A model generated the notes under the pieces. The model saw only the letters and a program-made list of their open reading frames with translations, was not told where the DNA came from and did not search any database. Positions 40,375 through 46,457 of a stretch of DNA of 46,457 nt are shown here, one piece after another. The position numbers and the translations under genes were made by a program. Source of the DNA: a phage; NCBI GenBank assembly GCA_026328835.1, contig GCA_026328835.1_4850.1. One strand, 5' to 3'. Within the stretch, counting starts at the first letter, position 1, and each line of letters opens with the position of its first letter.

Positions 40375-40380
40375 TATAAT
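40375..40380 (+). promoter_or_regulatory. -10 hexamer TATAAT preceding HNH leader
   Basis: TATAAT 7 nt upstream of structured element. Confidence 0.35.
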
Positions 40381-40387
40381 AATCAAT

Positions 40388-40433
40388 GCGGCAAAGGGTA
40401 GCTCCCTGCCCGGATTGGTCTCCGGGCTGCCGC
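40388..40433 (+). ncRNA. conserved structured 5' leader element (copy A)
   Basis: outer stem gcggca/tgccgc enclosing hairpins aggg-tagct-ccct and gcccgga-ttggtc-tccgggc; near-identical copy at 45501-45546. Confidence 0.5.
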
Positions 40434-40471
40434 ATCCAACCAATAGACCGCCTGTAACCGAGGATTCAATC

Positions 40472-40990
40472 ATGTCATCATTAAAAGAGTTGCCACTCAC
40501 TCAAGAAAGACTTAAACATCTCCTGCATTACAATCCAGACACCGGTGTTTTCACGTGGTTAAGTAAGCCAAGCAGAAGAATAAATTCTGGAAGCATTGCT
40601 GGCAGGATAAAACCTAAGAAGGGGTATGTGGAAATAGGAATAAGTGGAAGGATCTATCTTGCTCATAGGCTGGCATGGCTTTACATCTATGGAACTTGGC
40701 CTAAAGAACAAGTTGACCACATTAATGGCATTCGTAACGATAACAGGATTAAGAATTTAAGGCTGGCCACAACATCACAGAATCAGTGGAACAAGAAGAT
40801 GCAAAAAAACAACACATCTGGAATTAAGGGGGTTAGCTGGGATAATCAACGGGGAAAATGGATAGCCCAATGCTGGTTATTTGGCAAGTATCACAAAATA
40901 GGTAGGTTTTCATCAATTGATGATGCTGAACGTGCAATAAGACAGTTCAGGGAGAAACATCAGGGGGAATTTTGCAATCATGGCGCGTAA
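40472..40990 (+). CDS. HNH homing endonuclease with AP2-like domain
   Basis: start MSSLKEL at 40472; HRLAW...DHINGIRNDNRIKNLR; NTSGIKGVSW. Confidence 0.8.
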   Translation: MSSLKELPLTQERLKHLLHYNPDTGVFTWLSKPSRRINSGSIAGRIKPKKGYVEIGISGRIYLAHRLAWLYIYGTWPKEQVDHINGIRNDNRIKNLRLATTSQNQWNKKMQKNNTSGIKGVSWDNQRGKWIAQCWLFGKYHKIGRFSSIDDAERAIRQFREKHQGEFCNHGA

Positions 40991-42404
40991 AAGACTCTCA
41001 AGCGTTGCGATAGAAAAACTTGAGCAAGCAGTAGGCAATTCAACTGCAAAGCCAGAGTCCGCTGTTTTCGGCCTTGTCGATAAGATATTGTCTGACGGTA
41101 CACCAAATGTGGTTAAGTGCCTTAAAATGACAGCCACTGGCGTGTCAGAAACAGACGAGAAGCCAACAATATTAATCCCTGAGCGAATGGAGCTGCTGCT
41201 TTATCCTCGCCGTTTCAAAGTGTTCTATGGTGGCAGGGGAAGCGGAAAGACGGCTAACGTTGTTTCTTACCTTATAGAAAAGGCAAGATTTCGCAACAGC
41301 CGCGTCGGATGCTTCCGTGAGATACAGAACTCAATCAAAGAATCAAGCTATGCCGAGCTGGTCGATGAGATAAACAGGAAGGGGCGCACTCAGGAATATC
41401 GTTGCGTGGATGGCGAGATAACACACCACACAACGAGATCAAAGTTTGTTTTTCGTGGCCTTTGGCGAAACATAACCGCAATCAAGGGCATGGCTGGACT
41501 TACAGATGTGTTCTGCGAAGAATCCGAAAACATCAGTCAGGTGTCATGGGATACGTTAATCCCAACGGTGCGCGCCTCTGGTTCTGAAATTATTATTGTT
41601 TTTAACCCAAATAAAGAGACGGACCCGACGTGGACTAACTTTGTTGAGCCTTACATCGGCAAAATGGTTGACGGCATATATCAGGATGATGACATCGTTG
41701 TTGTTAATGTTAACTACGTCCACAACCCGTGGTTCACGGAAGAACTTAAACAGCACATGAACCAGATGAAGGCTGTGGATTATGATCGCTACCTTTGGGT
41801 GTATGAAGGTAAATTCAACAAACGCAGTGACGAACAGGTATTCGGCGGCAAATGGCGCATTGATAACTTTGAGGTCAAGCCTGAATGGCACGGCCCATAC
41901 TTCGGGATGGACTTCGGGTTCAGTACGGACCCCACTGCAATGGTTGAGGTTTACATCGAAGAACTGCCTGGTGGACGGCGCAACATTTATATTAATCGCG
42001 AGTATGGCAAGGTTGGACTTGAGATTACCGATACGCCAGCCGCGATGGAGCAATCATTCCCGATGGCTAAGCGCGCACGATGGTATGCCGACTGCGCTCG
42101 ACCTGAAACTATCAGCCACATCAAGCGTTCTGGATTTGACATTCACCCATGCACGAAATGGCCTGGGAGCGTTGAGGATGGCGTAACATGGTTGCGCGGC
42201 TGCGACAGTATCATCATTCATGACAGGTGCAAGGAAATGCAAAATGAGGCTGCAATGTACAGCTACAAGGTTGATAAGCTGACTGGCAACGTGCTGACTG
42301 ATATTGTCGATGCATTCAACCACTTCTGGGATGCTGTTCGCTATGCGCTTAATGACCATATCGTCCAGCGCGGTAGTGGAATGCTAATCCGGCGCAGGCG
42401 TTAA
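40980..42404 (+). CDS. terminase large subunit
   Basis: 474 aa; Walker A YGGRGSGKT; C-terminal nuclease-like region. Confidence 0.9.
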   Translation: MARKRLSSVAIEKLEQAVGNSTAKPESAVFGLVDKILSDGTPNVVKCLKMTATGVSETDEKPTILIPERMELLLYPRRFKVFYGGRGSGKTANVVSYLIEKARFRNSRVGCFREIQNSIKESSYAELVDEINRKGRTQEYRCVDGEITHHTTRSKFVFRGLWRNITAIKGMAGLTDVFCEESENISQVSWDTLIPTVRASGSEIIIVFNPNKETDPTWTNFVEPYIGKMVDGIYQDDDIVVVNVNYVHNPWFTEELKQHMNQMKAVDYDRYLWVYEGKFNKRSDEQVFGGKWRIDNFEVKPEWHGPYFGMDFGFSTDPTAMVEVYIEELPGGRRNIYINREYGKVGLEITDTPAAMEQSFPMAKRARWYADCARPETISHIKRSGFDIHPCTKWPGSVEDGVTWLRGCDSIIIHDRCKEMQNEAAMYSYKVDKLTGNVLTDIVDAFNHFWDAVRYALNDHIVQRGSGMLIRRRR

Positions 42405-42420
42405 ATCCACACCACAACAC

Positions 42421-42449
42421 TTGACCAATCTACACCATGCGCATATAGT
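42421..42449 (+). promoter_or_regulatory. sigma70-like promoter
   Basis: TTGACC, 17-nt spacer, TATAGT. Confidence 0.55.
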
Positions 42450-42479
42450 ATCTACATCGGAAACATCGGAGATGCTACT

Positions 42480-42686
42480 ATGCGCAGCTATGCAGGATTT
42501 ACACAGGAGGAAAAAGAACAGGTTTATTCACTGGCGCGCGCTGGTGTTCCTGATGATGTCATATGCCGTCGTTATGATATCGACGAGGATTTCCTGCTGC
42601 GCGTCATTGACGATGTGTTCGTTAACCTGCAAGAGAGGCGCGGATATACTGGCATCTGCTGCAAGAATGATTTTTTGAGAGGGTGA
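42480..42686 (+). CDS. hypothetical protein
   Basis: 68-aa ORF downstream of promoter. Confidence 0.45.
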   Translation: MRSYAGFTQEEKEQVYSLARAGVPDDVICRRYDIDEDFLLRVIDDVFVNLQERRGYTGICCKNDFLRG

Positions 42687-42857
42687 TGTGATGAAAATTG
42701 AGGAAACGGTTAACTGCATGGCGATTAATGCATTTACCGATTACGACACCATTTGCGTGCAAGATTTTACTGGCGATTATGTAAGGCTGGACAAGCACCA
42801 AGCCGCGCAACTCATCGAAGTGCTGCAAAAGTGGATTGATGGCGAGGAGATTGAGTA

Positions 42858-43100
42858 ATGGCTGCTACGATTCTTGCTCTTACCGTTACGGTTTTCTTTA
42901 TTTACATCCTGATAAGAAATCAGTTTGTCTATATTGAGCGCGGCATGTTTATAAAATACTTCTATGAGGAAGACACAGAAGGATATGCAGCAGGTAAGCG
43001 ATTCCATGAGGCGTTACCAAGTTACGACGAGATGCTGTGGAAATTTTGGGTATGGCCTTTGTCAAAATTCTATCCAGCGTACAGAAATCGCAACAAGTGA
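42858..43100 (+). CDS. hypothetical membrane-anchored protein
   Basis: 80 aa; N-terminal TM AATILALTVTVFFIYILI. Confidence 0.45.
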   Translation: MAATILALTVTVFFIYILIRNQFVYIERGMFIKYFYEEDTEGYAAGKRFHEALPSYDEMLWKFWVWPLSKFYPAYRNRNK

Positions 43101-43108
43101 CCATGATA

Positions 43109-43135
43109 TAATCCCCTTAATTGGGGATTTTTTAT
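43109..43135 (+). terminator. stem-loop plus T-run (terminator or 5' hairpin of portal transcript)
   Basis: atcccc-ttaatt-ggggat then TTTTTTATT; overlapped upstream by TGATATAAT 43104-43112. Confidence 0.5.
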
Positions 43136-43141
43136 TGGTGA

Positions 43142-45485
<2,344 letters not shown>

Positions 45486-45488
<3 letters not shown>

Positions 45489-45494
45489 TATAAT
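45486..45494 (+). promoter_or_regulatory. extended -10 promoter element TGATATAAT preceding HNH leader
   Basis: 7 nt upstream of structured element copy B. Confidence 0.45.
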
Positions 45495-45500
45495 TTACTT

Positions 45501-45546
45501 GCAGCAAAGGGTAGCTCCCTGCCCGGATTGGTCTCCGGGCTGCTGC
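45501..45546 (+). ncRNA. conserved structured 5' leader element (copy B)
   Basis: identical inner hairpins to copy A; outer stem gcagca/tgctgc carries compensatory change. Confidence 0.5.
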
Positions 45547-45585
45547 ATCCAATCAATAGACCATCCTTATGACCGAGGACTCAAA

Positions 45586-46137
45586 ATGAAATCAATAAAC
45601 CGCAACAAAATGCCTGCAATGGCTCGCCTTTCACATCTATTCATTATTTCCAATGATGGAACAATCAAGCGCAGAATTGCTGCTGGCAATAGAGCGGCAG
45701 GCAGCAGCGCAGAAAGGAGTTTGTGTGGAAGTGACTATACATGCATAACTGTTGATGGCGTAAGATACCTAACCCATAGGGTTATTTGGTTCTTCTTTAC
45801 TGGTGAAGAGCCTGATTATCTTGATCACATAAATAGAAACAAAAAGGACAACAGACTATGCAATTTGAGGCCAGTATCCGCCACAGGAAACAGAAGTAAC
45901 ACTGATTTGATGAACAACAACACAACTGGATATATTGGTGTTTATTGGTATTACTACAAAGGAACTCCTAGATGGAGAGCTGCTTGCAACGATAAACATC
46001 TTGGGTATTACAGTTCGCTTGTCTCGGCAGTAAAGGCATATAATCGTTATGTGACAAGTATTTATGGTGATGAGGCATTAGCAAAGGTTGAGCATAACAA
46101 GAGGATGATCAAAGAATCTTTTGGTATTGAACTGTAG
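45586..46137 (+). CDS. HNH homing endonuclease with AP2-like domain
   Basis: start MKSINRNK at 45586; HRVIW...DHINRNKKDNRLCNLR; NTTGYIGVYW. Confidence 0.75.
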   Translation: MKSINRNKMPAMARLSHLFIISNDGTIKRRIAAGNRAAGSSAERSLCGSDYTCITVDGVRYLTHRVIWFFFTGEEPDYLDHINRNKKDNRLCNLRPVSATGNRSNTDLMNNNTTGYIGVYWYYYKGTPRWRAACNDKHLGYYSSLVSAVKAYNRYVTSIYGDEALAKVEHNKRMIKESFGIEL

Positions 46138-46142
46138 CAAAC

Positions 46143-46173
46143 AAAAAGCCCTCTAAGTGAGGGCTTTGCTTTA
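46143..46173. terminator. bidirectional rho-independent terminator
   Basis: aaagccctc-taagt-gagggcttt between convergent genes. Confidence 0.7.
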
Positions 46174-46243
46174 TCTTATCAGCATGCACAGAACAAATAT
46201 TATTATCGCATAGCACAATATCTCTACGACGCTGAATATTGTT

Positions 46244-46441
46244 TTAATCATCCAGTTTCACGCCGGGAATCTTGCCTGCTGAGATGGCGTCGTAAATGAT
46301 TTCGTATTCGCTATAAATCCAGTTATCACCCTCGTTAGCTTCTCTCTGCATTGCTTCTATTGCTGCATCGCGATTCTTTTCTGCTTCTGAACGGTAAGGT
46401 CGCAGGAATCTAGCTTCAAAACAACCAAGTCCGTAGCTCAT
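46244..46441 (-). CDS. hypothetical protein
   Basis: 65-aa acidic ORF; its ATG (46441-46439) would overlap the TGA of the junction-spanning gene. Confidence 0.45.
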   Translation of the reverse strand: MSYGLGCFEARFLRPYRSEAEKNRDAAIEAMQREANEGDNWIYSEYEIIYDAISAGKIPGVKLDD

Positions 46442-46457
46442 GCGAATAACTGCGGTA

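Noticed and set aside
41556-42053. 165-aa minus-strand ORF inside the terminase large subunit gene
   Set aside because: Antisense to terminase with clear Walker A on the plus strand; same for 42054-42359.
42690-42858. Small ORF between 42480-42686 and 42858-43100
   Set aside because: The ATG frame at 42690 stops after 12 codons; a 54-aa frame exists only with a TTG start at 42697, so it was not called.

Overview
The window looks like a complete, circularly permuted ~46.5-kb genome of a virulent T1-like (Drexlerviridae-type) siphophage of an enterobacterial host. All calls are from reading the sequence and ORF track by eye; no database search or folding was run, so family names are motif-level inferences. 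The window ends appear contiguous: a minus-strand ORF starting at 256 runs off position 1 and, if the ends are joined, stops at 46438 in an ATGA overlap with the next gene. Modules in order: lysis cassette (276-1716), minus-strand accessory genes with an HNH endonuclease, small early genes, head genes (5947-9904), a minus-strand island inside the structural module (9939-12015), head-tail joining genes, tail genes (15357-27820), recombination and replication genes (27856-36842), a 540-bp repeat-rich region (37121-37663), an early small-gene operon, then terminase, portal and head morphogenesis genes. No integrase, repressor, DNA polymerase, tRNA or CRISPR array was recognised. The most unusual items are a truncated host-like beta sliding clamp (DnaN) homolog in the minus-strand island, a conserved structured 5' leader shared by two divergent HNH endonuclease genes, and a GTTACCGG repeat array flanking an AT-rich core.
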